64,000 nucleotides of DNA from Balanoglossus misakiensis (GCA_040954595.2 CM082576.2:11039129-11103128), one strand, 5' to 3'. Shown: positions 13,401-44,378, numbered from the stretch's first letter. Numbers and translations: made by a program. Notes: generated from the letters alone by a model not told the origin.

Positions 13401-15769
13401 TCATCACCATGGTGGTTTTATCTGACAGAATTTTAAAACATACAAAAATATTTCATAAACTCTATGTGTCATTAGAATAGGCAAGTTCTTTCATTCTCTG
13501 TTTTTTGTCCTAATTTTTTACATGGCAATATTTTATCTACATTGCTATAGAATAATAATCTCTGATCTGGGGAAGAGGCTGGTATTATCAATGACAAAGT
13601 GCTCTGGTAATTTCTTTCCATCAAGAGTACACATATATAAAAAAGTCAGCAACATTGGTAACTTTTTTTTTACAATAACAGAAATGATGGGATACACAGT
13701 GGCACACTAAACGTACACAATATTAAGAAACTTTGCCAACAGCCAAGATTTACACTGAAAATTTATACATCACAGGCCCCACTTGCTACTAAATCAGGGT
13801 ACGTGGGATCACCTGGAGAAGAGGGGTATGAATGTCAAGGTGAAAGGTCACAGGGCAAAGGTCGGGCCCGACCCAAGCAATCAGGTCACAGTGGGCAGGG
13901 TTTTTTTTCTTCATGGAAACGTCTGTCACACCCAGCAAGTGGAACTTGTTCACCTGCGTGCCCAGTCGCACAAACTCGGAACTCCCAAAACCTGCTGTCT
14001 GTTTGCAGAAGGAAGACACACTTATTAAACGCCGACCGAATGACCTGTTTGCTTGAATCGGAGCGCGCCGTGACGCTGACTTGTGAGCTTATAAAGAAAG
14101 TAACAAGAGCTGACATCACCCAGCTTTTGCAACAGTACCACCCCCATACCCTCTGTGATAAAAAATAAAAAAACAAAGTTCATTAGGTGAAGCCCCGTTT
14201 AGAGAACTATTTGGTCCAGCGGAGGTCTAAAGATACTGTTATGCTAAAACAAAGAGAAACAGTCACAGGAATAGAAAAAAAAAAACACTGCAAGGGAGGA
14301 GGCACCTCCTAATAAACATTGTAAAATATACAGTACAAACTCAACGATTTCATTTTTGAGCTTTTTTTTATATGGGGGGTTTTACAATCACATAACCTAT
14401 CATGTATCTACATCTGGAAAATGACTGCAACATTCTGGACCAAAAAAATATATATAAATTACAAAACAGTTAATTCACACTGCTTCTCTTTGACTAAATC
14501 AGAATTGTTTTTTTAAAAAAATTAGCCACCCTTTTTTTAAAACCTGATTTTGTTTTTTGTTGCCGTTTTTCTCAGTGTATCTGTGATGCAAACATGCTTC
14601 ACCGTAACAGCAGCTTCTGTTCACAGTCAACTTAGAAGAGTGGACACATCCTGACAAATTTCACATTTCTTAAAGAACAAAAAAAGGGATTTCACAGAAA
14701 CACTACTGAAAAACGTCTCTCTTTTTATTTAAAACAGCTGACAGACACAAAGAAATTATAATTACTCTACTCTCAGCTACACTGTAACCTACACTTCACT
14801 GTTGCATTTGAACACCTCACATAATTAGATTTAATTAACTTTTTTTTAAAATTCAAACTAGAAGCAGTATTCCAGTTGTGTACAGTTTATTAAGCGTCAG
14901 CCTATCATATTCCCTTGTACATGGACAGGTATGATTTGGGTCTTGACCTTTTCAGGCTCTGTCAGGATCAATTTTTTTTTTTTTTTATTTACCCGGAGAA
15001 AAACAAATTGTACGAAGTATGGAACAGATCACATCAACATGACATTAGATTGTATTTTCTTTACAAAAAAATTCTCCAAGAAATTCCCTGAATTGTTTTA
15101 TGTTTGTGAGTTTTCCACTGATCTCAATCAAAGTGTCTCGTACGTTTTCCTTGGCTAATGTTGAAAAATCAGGTTTGTACTAGCATGGACACGAGGGCGC
15201 ACTCCCAAGTACGGTCCACATCATTTGCAGGTGTATTGCTGTATGTACAAAGTTGGCAGTATATCCCCCTTCCTTCTGCTATCCCCTCGAAGTTCTACAC
15301 CTTTGTACCTGTGGTGATTTGTTTTTTCCGCCTTTTTTTCTGAAGAGTGGGGAGGCAATCGAGTGAAGGGGGCAGCGTTACCACCACAGGTTGATTAAGA
15401 CTTTGTGACCAATACTGCTGAAAACGCAAAAAAAACAAGAACAAAAAATTTCGGAAAGAAAAGAAATTCTTATTTCTGTCGCGGGTGCCCACAGGTTGAA
15501 AGCAGACCACGAAACTCGTCATAAATAAACCCTGATCGTCATCGGCTGCCGATAAACCAGCATACAAAAAGTGGAATCAATTTCTTTTTCCGAACGCGAG
15601 TTCCGGGCCTGAACACCAGCGCGAACCCCAAAACAAGTTGAAACAGGAAAACTGTCGATGAGTCGTCGTCTGCCTTGCAGTTGTTGTGTGTGTGGCATGG
15701 CAACTTGTTTGGGCGGCATACTTGTCACGAGAAAGGCTGTGCGTGTGTCCCTTTTAATAATCTGCTACA

Positions 15770-35409
<19,640 letters not shown>

Positions 35410-35513
35410 GTTGAAATACTCGTGGTTTTAGCAATTATTTCAGATTATTGGGACATGTGATGAGGGCTGTGGGTCCATGTTACGAGCTAATATGCACTTT
35501 ATAAGCTTTCCTA

Positions 35514-35587
35514 GCCGCCATCTTGGATCGAACAACAACATCCTACGGGGTTTCAAAAATTGTGATCCAGGGATTTTCATGGCGGCG
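35514..35587. promoter_or_regulatory. Divergent YY1-type motifs in the PPP4R3 / PGAP4-like-1 promoter
   Basis: CAAGATGGCGGC on the minus strand (35525-35514) and CATGGCGGCG on the plus strand (35578-35587), lying between the head-to-head starts at 35409(-) and 36608(+). Confidence 0.55.
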
Positions 35588-36607
35588 CCAAAATTTAAAT
35601 ACGTAATCTGCTGGGCGCAACAGACAGCTGACTAGACGAGGAAGCCATACAAGGCTGCCATTCAATGATGTGGAAGTCTGGATACGAGTGCGATATGATC
35701 CCATTACATTTTTTTATAGCTCGTGGGAGACTAAGTGTGGGACGCAATGTACTTTAGACTAATATTTATAAATGTATAAGCTAGTTCCAATCCGTGTTAA
35801 AACTTGCATGTGATGTAGGCCTAATGTACCTGAGCCTGAGGACGACCATCTGGTACAGACCATGGACAGACTCAGCACAGGCGCTAGGCCTGTGTGTTCA
35901 CGGCGTTTATACAAGGCCCCAACGCCGGAAACACACAGACCTATACGCAGGGCTAAGTCTGAGCTGAGGCGTATTTCACCGTGACAAATAAAACCGTTCC
36001 GTCGGAGATGAAATCCATGTATATAGGCTAAAGTCAATGGCATATTATATTAATTTACTATAGCTGTATTCCTGCCTAGGCTGTGAAGTTGAAGAAATAA
36101 GTTTTAATAGGCCTACTGCAGTACTGGTTGTTGCGAATATTTATTGTCATATAATAATAAATATATGTCTATAAAATTTGTTTATGGCAAACACGGACAC
36201 GCCATAAAAATGATTATATTTGCCAAATGTAGTACCACACAGACTGAGGCGCTCATCTATAAGGTTGTATCAATCACAAGTTAATGACCAACCCAGTGTA
36301 AATACCTCACCAGTTTTGCTACCTGTTGATTCCCAGTCATGTGACCTTCTAAGCTTTGGCGGTTTGCAGTCCGATCTGGGAAGAAGTCACGGAAGAAGAA
36401 GGTGATATTTGCAATGGATGGTTCATTTATTCGGGTTCCCAGCTTTATAGGGCCTAATAGCAGAAACCAAGTAGGCCTACAGAAGATCATGAAGTAAAGG
36501 GTGTACGGTCGCGTCGGGTCAGGTAGAAATTACCAATGGATTGGTTGCGCAAGAGCTTGGCACGTAAATACTAGTATAGTTTACGCTCTACCAAAACATT
36601 TTCAACG

Positions 36608-37858
36608 ATGTTACTGACACGAGTTTTGCTGCATGCAACCATATTGTATGCTGTCACCTTCGGTTTGATACTGCCGTTTTTGTGTCTCGATTTACCATAC
36701 TCTCTCTACTTCCGCAACAACTGGCTGGAAGACAAACCACTGGCCGATTTCGTGAACAGCGCCATCAACCGCCGCGCTGCTCCTGTGTTACGCGCAGAAA
36801 AGTACTTCTCTTCTTTGCCACCGCTGTCGGAATCAGATCGGGACAACAGTCTACAGAAAAGGGGTTCGCCGAGATTCGCTATTGGTATAATAACGACGCG
36901 ACGCGTCGGCAGTTTTCGGTATCCGGGATATGACCCGAAGTACCTGACAGAGGTTGCCGCCAGAGCGCACGAAATTCTCCAACGTCGTCCTGACAACGAC
37001 TCGGTTTTAGTCATATGCAATGTCGATCGTCAACCAGACGAACACGGCGAAGCTGACCGCCTCTCAAAGTGCATTCCCAGCATCGCAAAATACATGCGAG
37101 CGAACGACCACGAAAACAACGAAGAACAGCTGACGATGGAAGGAATCTATAAAACAGAACAAGAAGATTATTCATTTTGCCTAGATAAGTTGTCAAAACT
37201 GAAACCGTCTTACACAGTGCTTTTACAAGACGATGCCTTGATGCAGTGGGATTTCTTTGATGTCCTTGAGCGGATTCTAAAAACGCGAATAGAAAATACC
37301 CTCAGGCGTGGGGAACTTCTCCAGAGTCGAGACTCGAACAACGTTGCTGCTGTAAAGCTCTACTTTCCCGAGAAGTGGCAGGGTTATTCCTGGGAGCCAT
37401 CCAGACTGGCCGAACTCTCGCTCATAGGTTGGTGCGGGGGTATGTTGCTAGCCGCAGCCTACAGTGGCTGCAACCCCAGGGTAAAATCAAGCTTCCCGCT
37501 TCGCTGTCTCGTGGTACTCTTATCAGTTTCTTACTTTCAGCTAATAGCAGTCACTGTCGGACGCCACTATTTATTGGAGATTCGTCGCCTACTTCCAGGT
37601 TTTTATACATTGTCAAACGCTCCAGATTGCTGCATTCCAGCCGTGGTCTACAACAATCTCCATGTAGCCCGCATCGTCGGTTTTCTGGAATCCATCGAGT
37701 GCAGTCGGGCCTATCCCGTCGACATCGCCATCTCCGATTTCATTCGGCGAGCTGGACTGGAACAGTACTTAGTCGTTCCCAGTCTCGTCCGGCACATCGG
37801 CATGTTTTCGACACTCCATCGAGAACCTAAAGACCCGCTAGGTTTTCTCGATGTTTAG
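36608..37858 (+). CDS. PGAP4: PGAP4/TMEM246-like GPI GalNAc transferase, copy 1 (416 aa, single coding exon)
   Basis: N-terminal TM; IGIITTRR; DYSFCL; LQDDA (DXD-like); KLYFPEKWQG; two inserted TM helices; GRHYLLEIRR; CCIPAV; PSLVRHIGMFSTL. All are collinear with recalled human PGAP4 motifs (DYVYCL, VEDDA, KLYHPERLQH, GRHYFLELRR, CCTPAM, PNLVKHIGLFSSL). Confidence 0.9.
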   Translation: MLLTRVLLHATILYAVTFGLILPFLCLDLPYSLYFRNNWLEDKPLADFVNSAINRRAAPVLRAEKYFSSLPPLSESDRDNSLQKRGSPRFAIGIITTRRVGSFRYPGYDPKYLTEVAARAHEILQRRPDNDSVLVICNVDRQPDEHGEADRLSKCIPSIAKYMRANDHENNEEQLTMEGIYKTEQEDYSFCLDKLSKLKPSYTVLLQDDALMQWDFFDVLERILKTRIENTLRRGELLQSRDSNNVAAVKLYFPEKWQGYSWEPSRLAELSLIGWCGGMLLAAAYSGCNPRVKSSFPLRCLVVLLSVSYFQLIAVTVGRHYLLEIRRLLPGFYTLSNAPDCCIPAVVYNNLHVARIVGFLESIECSRAYPVDIAISDFIRRAGLEQYLVVPSLVRHIGMFSTLHREPKDPLGFLDV

Positions 37859-38830
37859 GCCAAATTCTTGATCAAATGTTTTTACGCCAAAGACCTTTAT
37901 AGCAATGGAAAGCTTCTTTTTAGTAATTTTATGCCTAGTCTTTGTTGCCATCATTTGTGGTACGTGAAGTGTGTGCTTGTTTTGCGTCTTATAATGACGG
38001 ATTTAGAGAAAAAAAATACTTGAACAAGTGTAACTCTAGCCCAGCCGATGGTCAATCTGAAACTTGTGTAGGCCTATACGCTTTAGCCTTTTGTCGGCAA
38101 AACCATGTCTCGTATTTTAAAAGAAAACTTGTTTTTCAAGTACAACCGCCGATCGTTTTCTCACTAGCTAAATTGACATAATTAAAACTCTAAGAAAGAC
38201 AATTCTGTGACATAAGAAGACGTCTTGATTTTGTGAAAATATGGTGGACTTCCGATCATCTATTTTTGAGTTACACTATTTACGGACATAATGTGTCCAA
38301 AGAACAAAGTTGGAAAATGATAAATTGCAGACAAGAACATGTATATAACAAAGGGACGGCGTCTTTGTCAATATTGACTTGTTGTCATCTCTCAATACCA
38401 TGAAAAGGGAAAATTTTGCGTTGAGAAAGTTCTGAATTTTCGACGAAATACTCACGCTATTTAATAAACCTCATAAGATCAGCTATTGCAATCCGAAAAG
38501 GAAACCAACCCGAAGCCGAGTCTGACGCTAACTCCATATTCCAAAATGGCGACGTACACCAGGAAGTGAAAGTAATCTTGTGTACCTTCTCAACGCACTG
38601 GCCGTACCTGTCTTCGCCACACGGGACATTTGCTTTGGAATAATGTAGAAGGCCTCTTTCATTGGTAGACTGTTTCCAGATTGGGTGGAGGCGTCAACAA
38701 GAGCAAGATCCGAGTATGGACGTTTCGTACATTGTGTAGTACGGGTGCCCATGATTGACTCTACGTTGTTCGTAAAGGAGCAGCAGAGGCAAACTTTACC
38801 CTCGCGTCTGTTGGACGCCAGCAACCCTCA

Positions 38831-40129
38831 ATGATGCGCATTTGTGGTGCATATTCTTGTGAGAAATTCCCGGCGCCAGTTTTCCCCGACAAGACACTGT
38901 TGATCCATGCATTTGTCGTGTATGTTACTGTATTTTGCGTAATCTTGCCGGTAGTGCTTTACGATGTCACTTTTTCGATGTATTTCAAAATTAGGGCTAG
39001 AGAATCATCTGACATCATTGGCGAGCTGGTGACCAAAAGAACGTTGGAAGTGCAGAAGGCAAAGGAATATTTTGCTCTGAAGGAATTGCCACAGAATCTC
39101 GCGAGTGATCATGACACTCACGCGGACGGGAAATCGCCGTGGGTTGCTGTCGGCGTCATCACGGTAAAGCGACACGTGACGCACGCACTGTACAAGCATT
39201 TCAAGCCAGAATACGTGATCGAGGTAGCCGCAAAGCTAAATCAGGAGTTTGAAAAGTTCACCTCACAACATGCAGAGGTGCGCGTTTACATTTGCAACGC
39301 GGAAGGGAACTATACGCGGAACAGCGAGGCTGTTTACCTGTCGCGTTACATGCAGGTGATACAGAGAAACCCCACCCGTACCCGCGAGATGCCCAGTGCA
39401 GGGGCACCTGTCGATCCGTTCGAAAGCGAGAGACTGGACTACGCCTTTTGCCTCGCGGAAATGGCGAAATTTGGCGCGAAGTATACCCTCATTCTCCAAG
39501 ACGACGCCGTTGTGCACGAGGATTTCTTTACAAATCTCAGGACAATCTTGGACACCAAAGTTGAACGTCGATACGAGAGAGGAGGTATCATCGAACCAGA
39601 CGCGGACAATCTAGCCCTGGTGAAACTCTACTTCCCCGAAAAATGGCAGGGCTACTCGTGGGATCTTGCCCCGTGTCTCGAACTTCTGAGCATCGGCAGC
39701 GTAGGGGGAATATCACTGTCGTGTTTCTATTGGATGCTGAGAAAAAAAACTTTCAATTACCGCAGGCATTTCAAAGTGACTCTTGGCCTGTGTTCCCTGT
39801 TTTGTGTTTTGGCGGCAATCGTCGTAGGCCGTCAGAATCTTCTCCTCCTTCGGGAGAAATTCGGCGTTTACCAGATTCGCCAGGCACCGCACTGCTGTAT
39901 ACCTGCAGTGCTGTACACCCGCAACGGTATCGACCAAATCTCCGAGTATCTGCAATCACCCGATTTGCATTGCAGTAAAAAGAACCCATTGGACGTAACA
40001 ATTGGCAAATATGTCGACCACATAGGCATGGATCAGATATTAGTTGTGCCCAATATGGTGGACCACATCGGCATTTTTTCAACTCTTCATAAAGTCCCCA
40101 AGAATCCACGGTCATTTTTCCCCAATTAG
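38831..40129 (+). CDS. PGAP4: PGAP4/TMEM246-like glycosyltransferase, copy 2 (432 aa, single coding exon)
   Basis: Same motif series: VGVITVKR, DYAFCL, LQDDA, KLYFPEKWQG, tandem TMs, CCIPAV, PNMVDHIGIFSTL. Confidence 0.88.
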   Translation: MMRICGAYSCEKFPAPVFPDKTLLIHAFVVYVTVFCVILPVVLYDVTFSMYFKIRARESSDIIGELVTKRTLEVQKAKEYFALKELPQNLASDHDTHADGKSPWVAVGVITVKRHVTHALYKHFKPEYVIEVAAKLNQEFEKFTSQHAEVRVYICNAEGNYTRNSEAVYLSRYMQVIQRNPTRTREMPSAGAPVDPFESERLDYAFCLAEMAKFGAKYTLILQDDAVVHEDFFTNLRTILDTKVERRYERGGIIEPDADNLALVKLYFPEKWQGYSWDLAPCLELLSIGSVGGISLSCFYWMLRKKTFNYRRHFKVTLGLCSLFCVLAAIVVGRQNLLLLREKFGVYQIRQAPHCCIPAVLYTRNGIDQISEYLQSPDLHCSKKNPLDVTIGKYVDHIGMDQILVVPNMVDHIGIFSTLHKVPKNPRSFFPN

Positions 40130-40254
40130 GAATGTTTTTACATTAATTTTTTTTATTATTTTATTTTTCAACTCTTCATAAAGTCCCCAAGAATCCACGG
40201 TCATTTTTCCCCAATTAGGAATGTTTTTACATTAATTTTTTTTATTATTTTATT
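40075..40254 (+). repeat. Exact 89-bp tandem duplication covering the last codons, stop and proximal 3'UTR of PGAP4-like copy 2
   Basis: aactcttcataaagtccccaagaatccacggtcatttttccccaattaggaatg... begins at 40081 and again at 40170. Confidence 0.93.
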
Positions 40255-41736
40255 ATGAGAACCAGACGTTCGTTGTTCATGTAACGAATACAATCGACTG
40301 ACTACACTGGCGTCTTTGTGAAATTCTGACGGAACAACTCATGGTCTTTGTCGGGAGTTACGTACTGTGGTTTATCTCACCTGATATGTGTATTTTTAAA
40401 TAGAAGCGCTCAAAGCATCGTAGTTGAAATGAATAATATAGAAGCTGGTAAAGGGAGCCCCCAACACGTTTGTAACAAAGCCTGGCCAACGGACTGGTAT
40501 AACAGATATGCACAGTGTACGCAATTTTGTTCAAGTTACATACGATACATTTCTCGACACCTATGTAGGTAATAGCGTATTCGGCAATTTTATTATACTT
40601 TTATGTAGAGAATATATATTTATAATAAATAATTTCCCAAGGCGTTCTTGATCCTGACATCGCGATTTTAGTAAATGGTAGTTTACAAAGGGCAGAGGAC
40701 CATTTATCTCTCCTTCCCCCCTCCCCCTCTCTCCCCATCGCAAAGTGAAGTTCAAAGAGTGGCAATTACCAATAGTTAATCAAACAAAACACGCAACTGA
40801 TATTTAATAACGTAAACAGTGCTAAATGTGTACAATCATGCTTTGCGTTAGCCGGGTACTCATATTTCAGCGGGGCCAAATATCTCGACGGGTAAACTTT
40901 TCGTGTGTGTGTGTGTGTTTTTTTTTCTTTTTTGTGTGTGCGTATAGCTGTCGGCGAAGAATTGTGCGGTGATTTTAGAATTCGGGTGTAGAAACATATA
41001 TGCGGCCACATTCATCCATATTGGGGTCACATTTCACAAAGCAGGCAACAAGGTGGTCGCATTATTTTTCACCACAGACCGCGGGGGAGGATTACGACGG
41101 AGTCATGTAACACAGAATTCTTGGCCAACAGACGTGCATGAAATAGAAATATTGGGGGGGGGGGCAGGGTTGTAAACGAATTGCGATCATAAGCTTACCC
41201 AATGTACAGACAAACAAAATAGTACAGTACAGTACAGTACAGGAAAGCAGTAAAGCACAAAGAACACGTCGCATTTGTGAAGGAATGACATATGCACCTC
41301 TGACACAAAGACCCAGAATTATTGGCAGCAGGTGTTTCGAAAAGAGTAACCCAGCCCTGCCCCCCTCCCGACACCTTCCTCCCGATTCCGTTACCATCGT
41401 AATAACCGAAACTTCTTTCGCGCGCTGCATGCTCGTTGAGGGCACTCTGGGAGACTACGCCCACATTCACGAGTTATACCGCAGCAAACGTACGTAGTAC
41501 ATGTAATTTAAAACAGGCTGGAATGCTAATGTGTGCATGACCCTGAGAGGCGACGTAGATTTATTGGATTTATCTGTGTGACCTTTCCTACGTGTCGCGG
41601 GCGATGGCGGCCAGTAATTAACAGACAAGTGTTTTGGTCCGTCATCTTTTTAAAGACATGAGTATAGGGTAAGAACGGTACGCATCAGTCAACGTGGAGA
41701 TACTCCCTTTTGTTGGGAGACTATGCGGGATTCACA

Positions 41737-43077
41737 ATGGGACTGATGGAGCGGATTATACCGAATAGACGCGCTCTTTGCGGACGCACTATGCGGGCAC
41801 TCTTTAACATGATTTCCTTGCCAGAGAGAACAAGGAAAGTTCTCCTGCATAGCTTCATCTTGTACGCGCTGACCTTCCTTGTCGTCTTGCCGATACTGTG
41901 CCACGACCGAACGTTCACCGTCTATTTCAAGCTCCGCCGGAGGAACGTACGCGACATCATGGCAGAACTGACGGAGAAGAGAGACGCAGCCGCCAGGGAT
42001 GCCCTGGCCTATTTACGTGCGTTCAATAGTTCACCAGCGACAGATGGTCCGGGAATCAAGCCGCTTAACACTGTCGGCAGGGACAATATCCCGGATATTG
42101 CAATTGGAATAATTACCGTGAAACGAGACACGAGTAAAAGCCAGTACAAATCGTTCCATCCGAAATACGTCCTCGAAGTCACGGCGAGACTCATGCAGGT
42201 CCTGGAGAGGACAGATTCCAGCCTCCGGGCACATTTCACCCTGTTTATATGCAACGCACAAAGTCACCCTAGCGCAAACGAAGAGGCTGTGCTCTTGTCG
42301 AAATACGTTCGAACTATATACAAAGAAAACCCGGAAAGGGAAAAACCGTGGACGGCAGACAGACACGAGCAGGAAAAGAACGACTATGGCTTTTGCCTGC
42401 GTGAAATGTCGAAATTCAAGGCGGACTACACGCTGATTCTGCAGGACGATGCTCTCGTTCATTGGGATTTCATCGAGGTGCTGCTGCACGTTTTGGGGAC
42501 GAAAATTGAGCGTCGCTACCAGAGGGGTCAGCTGGTGAATGTGGACACCAGCAACCTGGCCTACGTCAAACTGTACTTTCCCGAGAAGTGGCAAGGCTTT
42601 GCCTGGGAGTTCCGTCAGGCGGCAGAATTAGTCGCTTTCGGGGTGGCCGTCGGGGTGATTTTGGCGGGCGTTTACGGGAACATTATAAATAGGTCAATTA
42701 ACGGTGCTGCGTCGTGGATATTTGTCAGTTTTATAACGGTGCTTTACAGTGTACTGGTTGCCTTGGCAATCGACCGACAGAACTTGATGTTCTTGCGCTA
42801 CTTGTCGCCGGAATTGTACTACGTTCGCAGCGCACCGGAGTGTTGTATTCCCGCCGTCTTGTACAATCAGAGACACATTCATGACATAGTGCAATATTTA
42901 GAATCACCCGACTTAAAATGCGCCGTCGACTTCCCATTAGACGTCGCAATCGCACTCTTTGTCGACAAACTAGGACTGGAATCACTAATTGTTGAGCCGA
43001 ACATGGTTGACCATATCGGTATCTTTTCTACTTTGCACCGTGGACTGAAAGACCCGTCGTCCTTTTTCATCGTATAA
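41737..43077 (+). CDS. PGAP4: PGAP4/TMEM246-like glycosyltransferase, copy 3 (446 aa from the first ATG, single coding exon)
   Basis: First in-frame ATG is at 41737 (acaATGG); the ORF track starts at an upstream TTG. Motifs IGIITVKR, DYGFCL, LQDDA, KLYFPEKWQG, tandem TMs, CCIPAV, EPNMVDHIGIFSTL. Confidence 0.88.
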   Translation: MGLMERIIPNRRALCGRTMRALFNMISLPERTRKVLLHSFILYALTFLVVLPILCHDRTFTVYFKLRRRNVRDIMAELTEKRDAAARDALAYLRAFNSSPATDGPGIKPLNTVGRDNIPDIAIGIITVKRDTSKSQYKSFHPKYVLEVTARLMQVLERTDSSLRAHFTLFICNAQSHPSANEEAVLLSKYVRTIYKENPEREKPWTADRHEQEKNDYGFCLREMSKFKADYTLILQDDALVHWDFIEVLLHVLGTKIERRYQRGQLVNVDTSNLAYVKLYFPEKWQGFAWEFRQAAELVAFGVAVGVILAGVYGNIINRSINGAASWIFVSFITVLYSVLVALAIDRQNLMFLRYLSPELYYVRSAPECCIPAVLYNQRHIHDIVQYLESPDLKCAVDFPLDVAIALFVDKLGLESLIVEPNMVDHIGIFSTLHRGLKDPSSFFIV

Positions 43078-44196
43078 CACAGATGTAAAAAAAAATTAAC
43101 ATGAAAAGCAAGGTCATATAATAAACGAGCTTGGTCGTACCTATGTCGACTGAACAAATATTAACATTTGATAAATGAAGATTAATGTTGGTGGCCATAG
43201 AGTTCGGGCAACCACTGCTTTCCCCTCGTTAGTTGTCTTACTATGGGTTTTCTTGTCTATGGTCAAACTCAAATCTAGCCTAGTAAATCTAGCCGAGTGT
43301 GTTTTAGATAGACTCACACACTGGGTATGGAGACCAGGCTAACTTAAACCATACCCAGGCCAAGCTACCTGTCTGAGGAAAACTGAAATACTTGACCCGT
43401 GTCGAGTTCAACAGAGGCCGGTTTCTTGTCAATAGAATAGAAAACGACGCTTGGGTACGAAATACCTGTCAGCGGCATAGCTGCAGGTCATCTGATACTG
43501 CCGCTGTTCATATGTTAAAAGTTTTAATCTCTTTTCATGTGCTTTGTTATATTATAAAGCGCAGGTCCATGGCATATGTCACTATGCTTAGAGCTCGGAA
43601 TTGAATGCTATAGACTTGAGTTCATATGTTGATTCTATTGATATCCCCGGCCGTGTGCACTTTTTAGGCTAATCAGTCTGAAATCGGACCACTTGACCGA
43701 CTGGCTAGAACTACCTACGTGTTTCATAGCACTCGTACCAGCTTCTTTATCAGCATAAGCAAGTTATAGCAAACGAAAGGGGGTCTAGAGAGACTCGACA
43801 TTTTGCTAAAAAGGGCTGACGCTGTGTGACCAGAAGAAAATACCCGATATTTTCCAGTTAAGAACCATGAAATCACCGATTACTAGGCATACACACCAAG
43901 GTCACAGACATCACAGTCACCATTGTAGTTGACAGCGCTTTGTGAAGTAGAAGGTCATTTCATAGACAGTAGAGGGTCATTTCTACTCTACTATAAGCGC
44001 AGTCAACTACGGTGGTGCATGTGATAGACACGGCATATGCTGCGACTGAATTGCCCTGCATCTGATACTCAACCGACCGCAAACCACAAGTCACGCCATT
44101 TGGTAGACTCATACGATGCAGCAAGATCAAGAGCTGTGTGAACAACCATCGGGCGCCACGGAACAGAACTTGTTGATTTTTCCGCCATATAAATTT

Positions 44197-44246
44197 GTTG
44201 ATTGATTGATTGATTGATTGATTGACTGACTGACTGACTGACTGAC

Positions 44247-44287
<41 letters not shown>

Positions 44288-44346
44288 AATTGACTGACTG
44301 ACTGACTGACTGACTGATTGATTGATTGATTGACTGACTGACTGAC

Positions 44347-44378
<32 letters not shown>

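Noticed and set aside
13783-14176. Four overlapping ORFs on both strands
   Set aside because: A GC-richer patch in the probable PPP4R3 3'UTR; no motifs or splice structure.
40075-40254. Direct repeat considered as CRISPR-like
   Set aside because: Only two contiguous units with no spacers, in a eukaryotic genome.
36608-43077. Idea that the intronless, CpG-rich PGAP4-like ORFs are bacterial horizontal transfers or retrocopies
   Set aside because: Animal PGAP4 normally has a single coding exon, the motifs are metazoan-type, and I saw no poly-A tails or target-site duplications.
36682-43157. Many antisense and alternate-frame ORFs over the PGAP4-like genes
   Set aside because: Shadow ORFs expected from GC-rich coding sequence.
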